64,000 bases of DNA from positions 1,149-65,148 of the IMG/VR virus record IMGVR_UViG_3300026116_000040; one strand, written 5' to 3'. This stretch comes from a virus (lineage: Duplodnaviria > Caudoviricetes). The notes beneath the pieces were generated by a model. That model saw only the letters and a program-made list of their open reading frames with translations, had not been told where the DNA came from and searched no databases. Position 1 is the stretch's first letter; each line of letters starts with the position of its first letter. Both the position numbers and the translations under genes were made by a program. Shown piece by piece: positions 28,516 to 39,709 of this stretch.

Positions 28516-28935
28516 TTATTGGTTATTTAACTTAGTTTCTAATTTTTTATACATTTCCAAAAAATCTCGTTCTTGTTTTATTTTAGGGTCACACTTATTA
28601 TAATAGCTAATGGCTCTGTTAACACTGTTGTGCCAATTATGAAATATGGTGCGGGCGATGACCCTAATCGATATACCTAAATAAATATGAAGTAGGGAAT
28701 AAACCATAAATTTGGCTTCCCTTGTTTTTGAACTTGACGAACTAGACATAATAGATCTCACCGAAACGGAATATTCATCAGCTACTAACTGGATGACTTT
28801 ATCGACCTCTTCCCTGTTGGGCAACTTATTTTTTTGGAAGTTATTTATGGCCCCGCTAATTTCTATTGGCGAGCTAGTCTTTAATGCTTTTCCTATTGTG
28901 GTGAATAACGTATCGAGGTTGTCGTTGCCAGACAT
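28516..28935 (-). CDS. DnaA C-terminal HTH-like protein
   Basis: VIQLVADEYSVS...AKFMVYSL...IAR...HNSV pattern of DnaA domain IV. Confidence 0.65.
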   Translation of the reverse strand: MSGNDNLDTLFTTIGKALKTSSPIEISGAINNFQKNKLPNREEVDKVIQLVADEYSVSVRSIMSSSSSSKTREAKFMVYSLLHIYLGISIRVIARTIFHNWHNSVNRAISYYNKCDPKIKQERDFLEMYKKLETKLNNQ

Positions 28936-29071
28936 GTAAATAAATTAATGGTTACTCAACATCATGTTGTTTGGCAAATTTCGTTGTGCAATATTAAATA
29001 TAATTGTTGAACAAAAAAAATATTTTTTGATATTAATTTTTTTCTATATTTGCTCCGAACGAAAACTAATT

Positions 29072-29335
29072 ATGACGGATAGCATTATCAACAGAATAAA
29101 AGGAGTGATAACCGAGATGAACGAAAATGGCGACTTCTGCAATGTGACCATGACGTGTGGAAAAGATGCTACCAGACCGGTGAATTTAGTGATGAGAAAG
29201 TTCCAATTTGATGAAGTGGTATCTAAAAACAAAATAGGGGATCATGTAATGTGCCAGTTTTACCTAGTGAGCAACTTTAAAAACAACAGGTGGTACACAT
29301 CGGCAATTATGTTGAATATGAATAATGTTTTATGA
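29072..29335 (+). CDS. OB-fold/SSB-like small protein
   Basis: IKGVI...KIGDHV..F.L.S...NNRWYT resembles DUF3127-type proteins; TATATTTG upstream. Confidence 0.55.
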   Translation: MTDSIINRIKGVITEMNENGDFCNVTMTCGKDATRPVNLVMRKFQFDEVVSKNKIGDHVMCQFYLVSNFKNNRWYTSAIMLNMNNVL

Positions 29336-29650
29336 TTGACATTGCTAAAATATTAGAGAGGTTTTATCACAGCCAACATTTATTAAGAGTAAAGCCGCTA
29401 TTTATTGACATGGGAGTGCGTGGAGGGGTAGCATACCGGATGATCGAAGTTATAAAAATGAAAAAAGCAAAAGTGGAGGTTAGCTTACAATGAACGGAAA
29501 AAGTTTTGAAGATAAAATTAAGGAGGAGGCGAAAAAAAGGTATCCGTATCGAGGGTCAGAATCGGAAAGAGATGCCTTTGTTTCCGGAGTAAAATGGGTA
29601 CAAAATGAAATTGCACAGGTGTTGTTAGATTTCCCTATAATAGTAAAAAA

Positions 29651-30490
29651 ATGAACTACATAACACAAACAAACATAGGGAACGGGGGGCGTTTAGGAAA
29701 CCAACTATTCGGCATTGCGGCAACAGTCGGTATCGGCAAAAAATATAATCTTGCGCCAGTCTTTCCTGAGTGGGAATACAGTAAGTATTTTAAACACCCA
29801 CTAAATGTAGCTAATATACCCGTTACGGACGTTTACCATGAACCATATTTTCACTATACAGACGTTCAAGGTTTCAATGATAGCATTCAGATATTCACTG
29901 GCAGGGATAAGTGTTATGATATTAAAGGCTATTTCCAATCTGCCCGTTATTGGGAACATTGCGAGAATGAAATTAAAAGAATGTTTGAGCCTAGTGAGGA
30001 GTTGGAAAAACAAAAGATTCGCATGAAAAAACAATTAGGAGCGCTATTATGTTCTGTTCATGTTAGAAGAGGTGATTATCTGGGCAACAATTTTTATGCC
30101 CAAATAGGAATAGATTATTACATTTCCGCCATTGAGTATATCATTGAAAACACATCGTGTAAAACCTTTCTCGTTTTTTCAGACGATATGGTTTCTTGTA
30201 AAAAAATGTTTGATGAAATATTTGAAAAATTGTTTAAAGAAGAAGGTAGACGTATTTATCAGCGCGGAAATATTATTTTCGTTTCCGAAACCAACTATGG
30301 CGATATCGGAGAGATGTTTTATCAAAGTTTTTGCGACCATAACATTATCGCAAATAGTTCATACAGTTGGTGGGCAGCTTACTTAAACAAAAATCCAGAT
30401 AAGGTCGTCGTCGCTCCGTCTCATTGGTTTGGAGCCGATTCGGTACTTGACACTAAAGATTTATACACACCTAATATGATAAAGTTATGA
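29651..30490 (+). CDS. GT11 alpha-1,2-fucosyltransferase
   Basis: GRLGNQLF, GYFQS, HVRRGDY, FSDD, IIANSSYSWWAAYL. Confidence 0.92.
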   Translation: MNYITQTNIGNGGRLGNQLFGIAATVGIGKKYNLAPVFPEWEYSKYFKHPLNVANIPVTDVYHEPYFHYTDVQGFNDSIQIFTGRDKCYDIKGYFQSARYWEHCENEIKRMFEPSEELEKQKIRMKKQLGALLCSVHVRRGDYLGNNFYAQIGIDYYISAIEYIIENTSCKTFLVFSDDMVSCKKMFDEIFEKLFKEEGRRIYQRGNIIFVSETNYGDIGEMFYQSFCDHNIIANSSYSWWAAYLNKNPDKVVVAPSHWFGADSVLDTKDLYTPNMIKL

Positions 30491-30810
30491 ACATAAAAGA
30501 TGACAACAAAACAATTACCCTGCCATTAGCAGAATATAATAAGATGCTTGGGGTCGTTAACGAAAAAAAAGATATAAGGGTTCTCTTTTCTGTTCATTTA
30601 GATAATCAACACATCTGCACTATAGAGAGAATATATGAGCTTAATACGGAGAAATTAAACGAAAAAATATTAATTCAGATGAGCGAAACAATATCCCAAA
30701 TAATATCTTGGCAAAAAGGGGAATCGGATAAATACAAAGGGTTACTAAAAAGTGTGTCTAATGAACTATTGGACATCAAAAAGAAATGGTGGTATAAATT
30801 GTTTAATTAA
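30487..30810 (+). CDS. Hypothetical protein
   Basis: 107 aa ending KKWWYKLF. Confidence 0.6.
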   Translation: MNIKDDNKTITLPLAEYNKMLGVVNEKKDIRVLFSVHLDNQHICTIERIYELNTEKLNEKILIQMSETISQIISWQKGESDKYKGLLKSVSNELLDIKKKWWYKLFN

Positions 30811-30820
30811 TTCTAAAGCT

Positions 30821-31414
30821 ATGACAAACACACAATCACACGCAAAAAGAGAATTAGAAATTCTTGTAGCAAATGCAACAGATCCGGATAACAGGCCGAT
30901 TATTGAGGAATTTATACCCGAAATTTTAGCACTATGCGAAAAGTTTGGTAATAGTGGGCAAAGTGGCGGCTCTGCACCTTATACAGCACAAGCGTTATCA
31001 CAGGCAATCAAAAAGCTTTGTTTACAAGAAACGATTGCGCCACTTACAGGAGAAGAGAGCGAATGGACTCATATATCGGAATTGTCAGGTGAGGTACTCT
31101 ATCAAAATAACCGAGAAGGCGGGGTGTTTAAAGATGGGAAGGATGGTAAAGCATATTACATCGATGCTATTGTTATGGAAACAGAGGGAGGAAGCCGATG
31201 GAGTGGAAAGTTTTGGATGAGCAAACAAGATTATCTGGCTGGCAACAGAGATTTAATGGTTTCTGGAAAAGGGTACATTAAATCGTTCCCATTTAAACCT
31301 AAAACTTTTTATATCGATGTAATAGAAGAAGAAGTTGCAAAGGATGATTGGGAGATGTATTTGAAAGACCCAAAACAGCTTCAAGAGGCTTATGAATACT
31401 ACGATAAAAATTAA
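30821..31414 (+). CDS. Conserved phage hypothetical protein
   Basis: HAKRELE...GQSGGSA...PLTGEESEW...YQNNR...VFKD motifs. Confidence 0.7.
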   Translation: MTNTQSHAKRELEILVANATDPDNRPIIEEFIPEILALCEKFGNSGQSGGSAPYTAQALSQAIKKLCLQETIAPLTGEESEWTHISELSGEVLYQNNREGGVFKDGKDGKAYYIDAIVMETEGGSRWSGKFWMSKQDYLAGNRDLMVSGKGYIKSFPFKPKTFYIDVIEEEVAKDDWEMYLKDPKQLQEAYEYYDKN

Positions 31415-31416
31415 TT

Positions 31417-31926
31417 GTGAAAGAAAAAATAACCAACATCCCCGACTGTATCAGCAAAATCAACAACATCAAAAGTTGGATGAAAAACTATGTCATGCCG
31501 GACCATCCTATTATCAAAGATGCGGAAGATATTGTTAAGTTTTTGAGCAGCAACCCCAAACTACCCAATTTAACCGTAATAAGCTTAAACCACAGGATAA
31601 CTTCAGAGTTTAAAAACATTGAACTGGAACAACAAAAATTATCCGATAATGTATTGTCTGCTGTTTCTCATGTTGTTCGCCTGCCAGTAAATGATATTTT
31701 AAAAAAGAGTAGGTATGATGATATTGTTGAAGCCCGATTCATCTACTTTTGGATTGTTAGAAAAAAATATATGTTTAGTTTTCATTTAATAGGGAGATTT
31801 GTAAATAAAGATCACGCAACTGTATTGTACGGCGTGAATAAAGCTGAAGAATGGATGGTGACAAGAAAAGGTTTTAAAGAAAGGGTAGCGAAATGTATTA
31901 ACAAATTAGAAAATGAGCTTCAGTAA
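31417..31926 (+). CDS. DnaA C-terminal HTH-like protein
   Basis: KSRYDDIVEARFI...IGRFVNKDHATVLYG. Confidence 0.75.
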   Translation: MKEKITNIPDCISKINNIKSWMKNYVMPDHPIIKDAEDIVKFLSSNPKLPNLTVISLNHRITSEFKNIELEQQKLSDNVLSAVSHVVRLPVNDILKKSRYDDIVEARFIYFWIVRKKYMFSFHLIGRFVNKDHATVLYGVNKAEEWMVTRKGFKERVAKCINKLENELQ

Positions 31927-32013
31927 AAAACAAGAAAAAACAATATTAATAGTGATCGGTTCGGTGTTTGTTATCATTGCCGTTGCTGTTGCGTATAAAT
32001 TAAGTGAGTTGTT

Positions 32014-32214
32014 ATGACACCAAAAGTTAAAGCGGAAGAGTTGGCAAACAGAATGAAACGATCTATGATGCCTCACCTAATGGACGGTATTGATGCTAAA
32101 AATTGTGCCTTAATATGCGTAGATGCAATACTAGAAACATCCAATGACGTTTATTTTAGTGATTCACAAATTAAATATTGGGAAGATGTTAAACGTGAAA
32201 TAAATTTATTATGA
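32014..32214 (+). CDS. Small phage protein
   Basis: MTPKVKAEEL...AKNCALICVDAIL...YWEDVKREI pattern. Confidence 0.65.
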   Translation: MTPKVKAEELANRMKRSMMPHLMDGIDAKNCALICVDAILETSNDVYFSDSQIKYWEDVKREINLL

Positions 32215-32423
32215 CCCTAAACGAAAAATGGATTAGAAAAGAGCTGGGTATTACTGGCGACAAAGCCGTTGGCAATATAACATTACCAATAGGTGTATTA
32301 GCAATACTGCTGGACAGCTTCTATAAACACAAACAAATGGAAGACACTTGCCCTAATTGTGGACATTGGCCCATGATGAAAATAAATAATGAATATAAAT
32401 GTGATATGTGCCAAGTAAAATGA
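32211..32423 (+). CDS. Small zinc-ribbon protein
   Basis: CPNCG...CDMC. Confidence 0.6.
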   Translation: MTLNEKWIRKELGITGDKAVGNITLPIGVLAILLDSFYKHKQMEDTCPNCGHWPMMKINNEYKCDMCQVK

Positions 32424-32465
32424 AGACAATATTATTGATTGCCGTAACACTTTTTTTATTATTTT

Positions 32466-32762
32466 GTGCCCTGTGCGGAGAAATGCAATACGCACTATAA
32501 AATTATAATGATGGAACCAATGATCATCTTAGTTTCTACTAATAGCGACATACTTGATGCGGTATGTGCTCACTATTCCTGCAACGGGTTTAAGTTTAAA
32601 AGCAAAACCGTTAAAAGGAAGTACAAAATATTTGGAGAGAAGACATACACTATCACAATGGTAGCTGGAAAAGGATATTATCAAACAGCATTAAAAAACG
32701 CTGTTGCCCTAGAAGACTACGAAATGGCGGCTGTTATAAAGAAAAAATTGGAAAACTTATAG
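32466..32762 (+). CDS. UVR (UvrB/C) motif protein
   Basis: LKNAVALEDYEMAAVIKKKL; start probably at MMEP. Confidence 0.6.
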   Translation: MPCAEKCNTHYKIIMMEPMIILVSTNSDILDAVCAHYSCNGFKFKSKTVKRKYKIFGEKTYTITMVAGKGYYQTALKNAVALEDYEMAAVIKKKLENL

Positions 32763-32780
32763 CTATATAAAAATAGATTT

Positions 32781-32978
32781 ATGACCTACTACGAAGACGA
32801 AAAAACGCGTAAAACAATCGATACCCTGCTTCAACAAAACGCTTCTTTACATGCGACGATAGGTATTGATTCAACGAAGGAGGAGAAGAAGGAAATTAGG
32901 GCAAAGCAAAAAGTGTTGATGGATGAAATAAAGACATTAGATATTGAGTTTTATAAAAATGTAACGGCTGATAAATGA
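32781..32978 (+). CDS. Hypothetical protein
   Basis: 65-aa helical ORF. Confidence 0.55.
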   Translation: MTYYEDEKTRKTIDTLLQQNASLHATIGIDSTKEEKKEIRAKQKVLMDEIKTLDIEFYKNVTADK

Positions 32979-32979
32979 T

Positions 32980-33192
32980 ATGCAAAAAGAACTAATTATT
33001 AACGGGAAAAAATATGCTGACTATCAAGTAGAAGGCGAAATCTTGTTTTTAAAAGTACACCCTCCTTCCACCCACAAAAATATAGATTTTCAGTTAAATC
33101 AAAATATTGGCGCAATGGAGGATTGCTTGACTGAAATAATAATAGTTATTGAAGATGTTAAAATAACAGCTAAAGGCTATTTAAACGTATGA
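32980..33192 (+). CDS. Hypothetical protein
   Basis: 70-aa ORF coupled to the next gene. Confidence 0.5.
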   Translation: MQKELIINGKKYADYQVEGEILFLKVHPPSTHKNIDFQLNQNIGAMEDCLTEIIIVIEDVKITAKGYLNV

Positions 33193-34130
33193 TATCAACA
33201 ACAGGAGTAGTTACAGGATTAACTGACAGTAATGGCACAGTAATAAAATCTGGGGACGCAATTCGTTATGAATATGAAATAGGTTTTTCTATTGGTCAAA
33301 ATGGCGAAAAGACATATTCTTTTCCGTTTTCTCAAACAGAAAAAAGATTTCATCAAACAATTATGGCGTATCAAATAAAAAATTCTCAAGCAGGATATTT
33401 TCTTGATCTTCCAGCCAATCTAAACCTTATTCCTGACACACTCCGTTATTATGTTGTATCCATACCTATCCCAACTAAAAAGCCCACATTTGTAAAAAAC
33501 GTTAAGGCCGCAGTGATAATTTTCCATAAAAACATAAAAAATTATCCGCCGACATGGATAACTGAATGTGTGGACTCAATTAAAAATCAAAAATATAAAA
33601 AATTCGATGTCTTTGAAATTGATTATGGCGGCACCGGCACCAAAATTTATGAAGGCAGTGAATTTGACAGCATATTAATGGACAATCACGCATTGGCACA
33701 TAATTATCTACTGGATAAAGTCTTTTCTCTCGGATATGATTGTGCTTTCAATGTAAATGTTGACGACAGATATACTCTTGACAGGTTTGAAAAACAAATC
33801 GTTTTTATAGAAGATGGATATGATGTTGTGTCTTCAAATTATTTTAATATAGACGAGAATGGCAATATTATAAAAGACATGCAAATGAGTGGATTAAACC
33901 CCGACCTTGAGGCAAATAAGGGGCACAACATAATAGCTCACCCTGCCGTGTGTTATTCAAGAAATTTTTGGGAGACTTGCGAAAAACTTAATCCGGCAGA
34001 AATACCTGTTGACGACTTTAATATGTGGAAAAGAAGTTATCAAAGCGGCGCTCATAAATTTGTGATTTTACCAGATTACTTGTTGTATTATAGAATCCAT
34101 GACAAAAAAACATCAAAATCCCAAGAATGA
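33189..34130 (+). CDS. GT2-like glycosyltransferase with YopX-like N-terminal segment
   Basis: TGLTDSNGTVIKSGD start; ECVDSIKNQ, NVDD...RFEKQ, IAHPAV, DDFNMW, LLYYRIH. Confidence 0.75.
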   Translation: MISTTGVVTGLTDSNGTVIKSGDAIRYEYEIGFSIGQNGEKTYSFPFSQTEKRFHQTIMAYQIKNSQAGYFLDLPANLNLIPDTLRYYVVSIPIPTKKPTFVKNVKAAVIIFHKNIKNYPPTWITECVDSIKNQKYKKFDVFEIDYGGTGTKIYEGSEFDSILMDNHALAHNYLLDKVFSLGYDCAFNVNVDDRYTLDRFEKQIVFIEDGYDVVSSNYFNIDENGNIIKDMQMSGLNPDLEANKGHNIIAHPAVCYSRNFWETCEKLNPAEIPVDDFNMWKRSYQSGAHKFVILPDYLLYYRIHDKKTSKSQE

Positions 34131-34858
34131 AAATAAATTTATTGATAATAGCGACAAATAAGTACACCTGTTTTTTAAAGGGTTTGTTAGATTCTGCAAA
34201 TGATTATTTTTTAAAAGGCGAAGAAGTAACATACAATATTTTTACAGACAAAATAGAAGAGTCTAAAAAAATATTATCAAATACGACATATTTTGATAAG
34301 GTAAAGTTTTTTGAAGTAGAGCACAATGTGTTTCCATACACAACTTTACATAGATACCATTTCTTCCAAAGGTTTCGCAAGCAGCTGTCTAATGCCGATT
34401 ATCATTTTTATATTGACGTTGACACCTTAATTAAAAAGCCTATCGATGCTGGAGATATAATAAGTGATATAACTGCTGTCCAGCATTGTGGGTTTGTTGG
34501 TGAGCGGGGGAGTTACGAAACCAATCCTAACTCTACATCTTGCGTTGGGCCGAATGAAGGAACCGTGTACTATGGTGGCGGTTTCTGGGGGCTTTCAAAT
34601 AAAGAATTTTGGAAATTTATAGATACTGCGGTTAAAATGATTAACACGGATAAGCTTAATGATGTTTCAATTTTGTGGCACGATGAATCAGTTTTAAATC
34701 GCTACTTGATAGATAACCAGCCAGCTAAAATACTAACACCGTCATATCATTATCCAGAGGGGTGCGAACATATTAAGCAAAAATGGGAAGATAAGAACCT
34801 AAATTATGAATGTGTAATATTGCTGTTAGATAAAAATCACCAGGAACTAAGAAGTTAA
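34127..34858 (+). CDS. GT6 (ABO-type) alpha-1,3-Gal/GalNAc transferase
   Basis: IATNKY..FL, IFTD, DVD, YYGGGFWG, WHDESVLNRY. Confidence 0.9.
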   Translation: MKINLLIIATNKYTCFLKGLLDSANDYFLKGEEVTYNIFTDKIEESKKILSNTTYFDKVKFFEVEHNVFPYTTLHRYHFFQRFRKQLSNADYHFYIDVDTLIKKPIDAGDIISDITAVQHCGFVGERGSYETNPNSTSCVGPNEGTVYYGGGFWGLSNKEFWKFIDTAVKMINTDKLNDVSILWHDESVLNRYLIDNQPAKILTPSYHYPEGCEHIKQKWEDKNLNYECVILLLDKNHQELRS

Positions 34859-34869
34859 AATAAAAATAT

Positions 34870-35760
34870 ATGAAATATAAAAAAATAATTATTTGGGGTC
34901 ATCCGCTGCACAGCCATACGCATTCGTATATCCATCAAGCCTTCTTCAGAGCATTTAAGAGCCTAGGTTACGATACGTGTTGGTTTGATGATTCTACCGA
35001 TGTGTCCAGTTTTGATTTTTCTGATGCGCTGTTTTTAACCGAAGGGCAGGCGTGTAGTAAAATGCCTATCATTAAAGGTTGTTCGTACATTTTACATAAT
35101 TGCTATGATGAGCAGATGTGGAGCAAAATTAACGCTGAAGATGTAAACTACTTGAAATTGCAGGTGTATACGGATGATGTGTTGAACTATGAAGATGCAA
35201 AGTTAATCGAACCTTGTATTTATTACGATAAACCAGGAAAAATACTGTATATGCCTTGGTCCACGGATCTGCTTCCCCACGAGATTAATCCCGATATATA
35301 CCAAGAACGGGTTAATAAATCATATTGGGTTGGCAGCATGGGCGACGGGATTTTTGGTAATAATCCAGAGCTATCCGGCTTTATTCGTGCCTGCAATGAA
35401 AACGGAATAGAGTTTAAACACGCAAACAACTTGTCAATAGAGGATAATCGAAGAGTTGTTGCTGAGTCTTACCTATCGCCAGCGATAGTAGGTTCATGGC
35501 AAAAACGCCATGGATATATACCTTGCAGGATTTTCAAAAACATTTCATATAACCAATTCGGAATAACGAACAGCGCAAGGGTTAACGAACTATTTGAAGG
35601 AAAACTTGTATATTCCGAAAACGAATATGACCTTTTTGGATTAATGCAGGAAAAGATGAAATCGCCTACGTATGAACAAGAACTTGTAGATTTGATTACT
35701 TTTGTGAAAGAGAAACATACGTATTTAAATAGAATAAATACTTTGCTTTCTTGCTTATGA
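34870..35760 (+). CDS. GT-B glycosyltransferase-like protein
   Basis: HTHSYIH start; YIPCRIFKNISY...EKHTYLNRI CgeB-like C-terminus. Confidence 0.65.
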   Translation: MKYKKIIIWGHPLHSHTHSYIHQAFFRAFKSLGYDTCWFDDSTDVSSFDFSDALFLTEGQACSKMPIIKGCSYILHNCYDEQMWSKINAEDVNYLKLQVYTDDVLNYEDAKLIEPCIYYDKPGKILYMPWSTDLLPHEINPDIYQERVNKSYWVGSMGDGIFGNNPELSGFIRACNENGIEFKHANNLSIEDNRRVVAESYLSPAIVGSWQKRHGYIPCRIFKNISYNQFGITNSARVNELFEGKLVYSENEYDLFGLMQEKMKSPTYEQELVDLITFVKEKHTYLNRINTLLSCL

Positions 35761-36503
35761 TAAATATCTACACCTTCGCGTTTAACAGCGCTCAATTTTT
35801 GGAGTGGCAATATATTACGTTCAAGAAGTTCTTGAAAGAAGAACATCAAATTCACTGTATCAACAACTCTTTCGATAAGCTAAACGAAAAGGAGGCTATA
35901 CAGGCTAAAGCAGAACAATTAGGAATACCGCATTATTTTCCTGAAGGAGTAAATCATAATGCCGGTGCAGGTCGAAGTCACCAGACTGCAATAAATTGGG
36001 CGTGGAGAAACATAATTGACCACAATAACATTGTTATTATCTTGGACCATGACATGTTTTTGATACGGGAAATGAAATTATACCCTGAATACGATGTGAT
36101 TTCGGTTATGCAGGGACGCGGACCTAGCATAAAATATTTCCATCCAGGCATAATGATAATACATCCTACGTTAAAAGATAGGGATCAGGTGGATTTTATA
36201 GGAACGAAAATAGATAATTATGATTGCGATAGCGGTGGAAATTGGCACCACTATATCCAAAACCATCCTGACCTGAAAATTAAAGGTCTTTCGATGGTAA
36301 ATGTGTGCGAAGAGCACGAAAACATGGCGGTGCTGCCCGTTGAAGCGCGGGATAGGTATTACGAAGGAGACTGTATGCAGATTTGCGAAGATTTTCTGCT
36401 TCACGGGCGGGGCGGGTCGAATTGGCAGCAAACACCGGCAGAGTTGTTTAATCGCAAAAACCAGCAAATTGAGCAAACTCTAAATCATTATTTGAGCTTA
36501 TGA
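35757..36503 (+). CDS. GT-A glycosyltransferase-like protein
   Basis: IILDHDMFL DxD motif; located in the glycosylation cluster. Confidence 0.6.
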   Translation: MINIYTFAFNSAQFLEWQYITFKKFLKEEHQIHCINNSFDKLNEKEAIQAKAEQLGIPHYFPEGVNHNAGAGRSHQTAINWAWRNIIDHNNIVIILDHDMFLIREMKLYPEYDVISVMQGRGPSIKYFHPGIMIIHPTLKDRDQVDFIGTKIDNYDCDSGGNWHHYIQNHPDLKIKGLSMVNVCEEHENMAVLPVEARDRYYEGDCMQICEDFLLHGRGGSNWQQTPAELFNRKNQQIEQTLNHYLSL

Positions 36504-37405
36504 AAAAAGAGAAGATATGCGGTATCTACAAAATAACTTCTCCAACGGGGAAAATTTATGTTGGGCAAAGCGTAGATATACATAATAAAAGATTCAGATA
36601 TTATAGGACTCTTCATTGTAAAGGTCAAACAAAATTATATAACTCGTTTTTAAAACACGGCGTTGAAAACCATAAATTTGAAATCATACACACTATACCT
36701 GTTTATAATATCGAAGAGTTAAACAAACTAGAAAAACACTATGTGGATTTGTTTCAGACATTTAATACTGAGCATGGATTAAATTTGAGGGATGGGGGTG
36801 GTAATAAGGGTAAAGCCTCCGAGGAAACAATAAAGAAAATGTCGGAGGTAAATAAAGGAGATAAAAACTATGGATTTGGTAAGCCGCGTTCTGAAGAGGT
36901 AAAGAAAAAGATTTCTGAGTCAAACATGGGCAAAAAACATTCAGAAGAATCGAAACGAAAAATGTCTTTATCCCAAAAAGGCAAAAAACACACAGAAGAA
37001 ACAAAGCTAAAGCTATCAGAAGCGCTAAAAGGAGAAAAAAGCCCTCTGTTTGGAAAACCTCGTTCAGAAGAAACAAAAAGAAAATTATCCAAAGCGAACA
37101 AAGGCAAGCGCCTTTCCGAAGAAACTAAACGGAAAATGTCGGAATCAACCAAAGGTGAAAAAAGTTACATGTTTGGCAAGTCCCTTTCAGAAGAAACAAA
37201 AAGAAAATTGTCGGAATCTAAAAAAGGAGAGAAACACCCTTTTTTTGGAAAAAGACATTCCGATGAAACAAAACAAAAAATGTTAGAAGCGCATAAAGGA
37301 GAAAAAAACCCGTTCTTTGGTAAAAAACATTCCGATGAAGCACGAAGAAGAATGTCGGAAACTCGTGCCAGAATCCGCCAAGAAAAATTAACAATGATAT
37401 TTTAA
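36500..37405 (+). CDS. GIY-YIG homing endonuclease with NUMOD3 repeats
   Basis: [18 protein letters not shown]; repeated GKxxSEETKxKxS. Confidence 0.92.
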   Translation: MKKEKICGIYKITSPTGKIYVGQSVDIHNKRFRYYRTLHCKGQTKLYNSFLKHGVENHKFEIIHTIPVYNIEELNKLEKHYVDLFQTFNTEHGLNLRDGGGNKGKASEETIKKMSEVNKGDKNYGFGKPRSEEVKKKISESNMGKKHSEESKRKMSLSQKGKKHTEETKLKLSEALKGEKSPLFGKPRSEETKRKLSKANKGKRLSEETKRKMSESTKGEKSYMFGKSLSEETKRKLSESKKGEKHPFFGKRHSDETKQKMLEAHKGEKNPFFGKKHSDEARRRMSETRARIRQEKLTMIF

Positions 37406-37417
37406 AAAATAAACTAT

Positions 37418-38197
37418 ATGAAAATATTTATAATGACCTGGAATATTTTGGAGCATACTCGCAACATGGCAGAGTTTTTTGTTTCGTGTGGTCACGAACC
37501 GATAATCGTTGACAATTGCTCCACGTACCCTCCATTGCTTTCTTGGTACAATGAGTGTCCTTATAGGGTGGTTTCTACTGAAGGCGCGAAACTTTCAACA
37601 TATAATAGATTTTGTTGGGAAATGGGATTGCCAGAAAAGTACGCCCCAGGAGAAAATTATTACGCCGTAACTGATTGTGATTTGGTTTTTGAGGGTGTTC
37701 CAAGAGATTTTTGCGAAGTATTAATTGCAGATATTGAGCGCAGTGAGGGTATAATTAAATCAGGGTTATCCATACGGATTTCTGATCTTCCCGATAATGA
37801 ATACGCTCGTCGCTATCGTGAAGCAGAGGGTAATAATTGGGGCCACCAAAATCATCACGGTTTCTATGATATACCCGTAGACACAACATTTGCTGTGTAT
37901 TCCAAGGATCGTTGTAATAATTTAGATAGAATGTGGCGCGCTTCAGGGAGCGAGGTTCCGGAGACCTTTCTTGATAATTCATTTTTTTACAGGAGTCACC
38001 GTTCGCCCGAACCTTATACCGTGAAGCATATTCAGTGGTATGCAGACATAAATAATCTTAATGAAGAGCAAATATACAATCTGCTCGTTACTAGACATGG
38101 ATCGGTGCTCTACTTCAAACAGGTTTACGCAGCGGAATTATTAGAAAAATACAACATCGGTCCGGAGTGGCAGGATCCTAAAAATATAAAACTATAA
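37418..38197 (+). CDS. GT2-like glycosyltransferase
   Basis: IIVDNCSTYPPLL, YAVTDCDL, PVDTTFA. Confidence 0.7.
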   Translation: MKIFIMTWNILEHTRNMAEFFVSCGHEPIIVDNCSTYPPLLSWYNECPYRVVSTEGAKLSTYNRFCWEMGLPEKYAPGENYYAVTDCDLVFEGVPRDFCEVLIADIERSEGIIKSGLSIRISDLPDNEYARRYREAEGNNWGHQNHHGFYDIPVDTTFAVYSKDRCNNLDRMWRASGSEVPETFLDNSFFYRSHRSPEPYTVKHIQWYADINNLNEEQIYNLLVTRHGSVLYFKQVYAAELLEKYNIGPEWQDPKNIKL

Positions 38198-38199
38198 AT

Positions 38200-38802
38200 A
38201 TGAATCTACCGTATCAAAGCCAAGCGTGCCAAGACAAATTTGTCGCTAAGTTATTAAATTTTAAAAGAGATGGATATTATCTCGATATAGGGTCTTGTGA
38301 CGCTGTTTCTACAAATAATACTTATGCTTTTGAAAGTTTAGGATGGCGCGGGATATGTATCGAAATGGATCCGCAGCATAACGATAGCTACAAAGTAAGA
38401 AGTTGCAAACATCTTAATGATGATGCTACCAAAATTGATTATTTGAGATTGTTGGAAGAAAGTAATGCTCCGAAAGCGATTGATTACCTTTCTTTAGATA
38501 TTGATGCGTTAAGTACTTCCGTATTAAAATTGATTCCCTTTGATAAATACATATTCGGAATTATTACAATTGAGCATGATCACTATATCCATAGTGGACA
38601 ATACAGGGATGAGCAACGTAGAATACTAACAGACGCAGGGTATGTGCTTTTGTGTGCGGATGTGTTGGTTCCACTACAAAATGACACGTCTGCTGACAGC
38701 TCGTTTGAGGACTGGTGGGTACATCAATCTATTGCACCTACGATTGAAATCCCTGTGAATAAAAGAATGTATCCAAAAGATATTATAGAAGCACTAGGAT
38801 GA
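38200..38802 (+). CDS. FkbM-family methyltransferase
   Basis: SQACQD, YLDIGS...NNTY...GWRGICIE, IDYLSLDID, ITIEHD. Confidence 0.85.
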   Translation: MNLPYQSQACQDKFVAKLLNFKRDGYYLDIGSCDAVSTNNTYAFESLGWRGICIEMDPQHNDSYKVRSCKHLNDDATKIDYLRLLEESNAPKAIDYLSLDIDALSTSVLKLIPFDKYIFGIITIEHDHYIHSGQYRDEQRRILTDAGYVLLCADVLVPLQNDTSADSSFEDWWVHQSIAPTIEIPVNKRMYPKDIIEALG

Positions 38803-39500
38803 GACATGCAATTTTTCTTCACGTATTTTACCGACACCTCTGGCGCGAAATAGTTGAAAGGCTAGAATCTGTACCGTTTGAATATAATCTGTACGTGAAT
38901 CTTGTGGATGGGTTTACATCTGATATAAACGTACACGAGCATTTCCCTGAAGCTGTGGTGAGAATATCTCCTAATCAGGGAATGGATATAGGTGGCCAAC
39001 TCAGGATGTTTGATTACTGGTGTAAGTACGGACAAGATGAACAACTAATCGTATTTCTTCACAGCAAGGGAAAGCCGCTAACGGAAAAACCAGAAAAAGT
39101 TGCGGAAACAGCGGAATTACGAAACCTTTTATGGAGCATCGTAACTCCTGAAAAATATCCTTTAGTGGAGCAATCGTTTTTAGATGAAACAGTGGGGATG
39201 GTAGGTGTCGAAGAATGGCATAGATTCCCTGGCCGCGATCACGGGGATCCAATTCCGGAATGCAAAAAATATGTTGATTTGCTAAATTTAAACAATTATG
39301 AAACAAACTCCTTCGGTTTCATTGGCGGCACCTGTTTTTTTGTTAGATCAGAAATATTTAAAAAAGTTTTTGAATCAGTAGATATCCTTAAATTAGTGGA
39401 AGAATTACCGGCAAGTAGTAATGGTGGAAATATTCACGCGCTTGAAAGGATTTTTGGGTATATTGTGCTCAGTGAAAATTTTAAAATAAAAGGAGTGTGA
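38799..39500 (+). CDS. RgpF/rhamnan-synthesis-like protein
   Basis: HVFY, NQGMDIG, LHSKG, GGTCFF.R, HALERIFG. Confidence 0.75.
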   Translation: MRHAIFLHVFYRHLWREIVERLESVPFEYNLYVNLVDGFTSDINVHEHFPEAVVRISPNQGMDIGGQLRMFDYWCKYGQDEQLIVFLHSKGKPLTEKPEKVAETAELRNLLWSIVTPEKYPLVEQSFLDETVGMVGVEEWHRFPGRDHGDPIPECKKYVDLLNLNNYETNSFGFIGGTCFFVRSEIFKKVFESVDILKLVEELPASSNGGNIHALERIFGYIVLSENFKIKGV

Positions 39501-39709
39501 AAGAACAAATTAAAAGAGAATACGAAGCTGACCTAAAAGCTATTGAAATATACTTAAAAATGGGCTACTCAAAGACGGACGCTATATCCGTGTTTGAAAT
39601 AGCATTCGCTAATTGTAAAAATTACAATTGCAGGTATGAATTAATAAAAAAACACATTGAAGGTTTTGCCGCAGCTGGTAATAAATTATCAACTAATAAT
39701 AAAACATGA
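39497..39709 (+). CDS. Hypothetical protein
   Basis: 70-aa ORF with overlapping start and stop. Confidence 0.45.
   Translation: MKEQIKREYEADLKAIEIYLKMGYSKTDAISVFEIAFANCKNYNCRYELIKKHIEGFAAAGNKLSTNNKT

Noticed and set aside
28516-31926. Bacterial dnaA / chromosomal origin
   Set aside because: Only the C-terminal HTH-like domain is present, twice, with no AAA+ domain or housekeeping context
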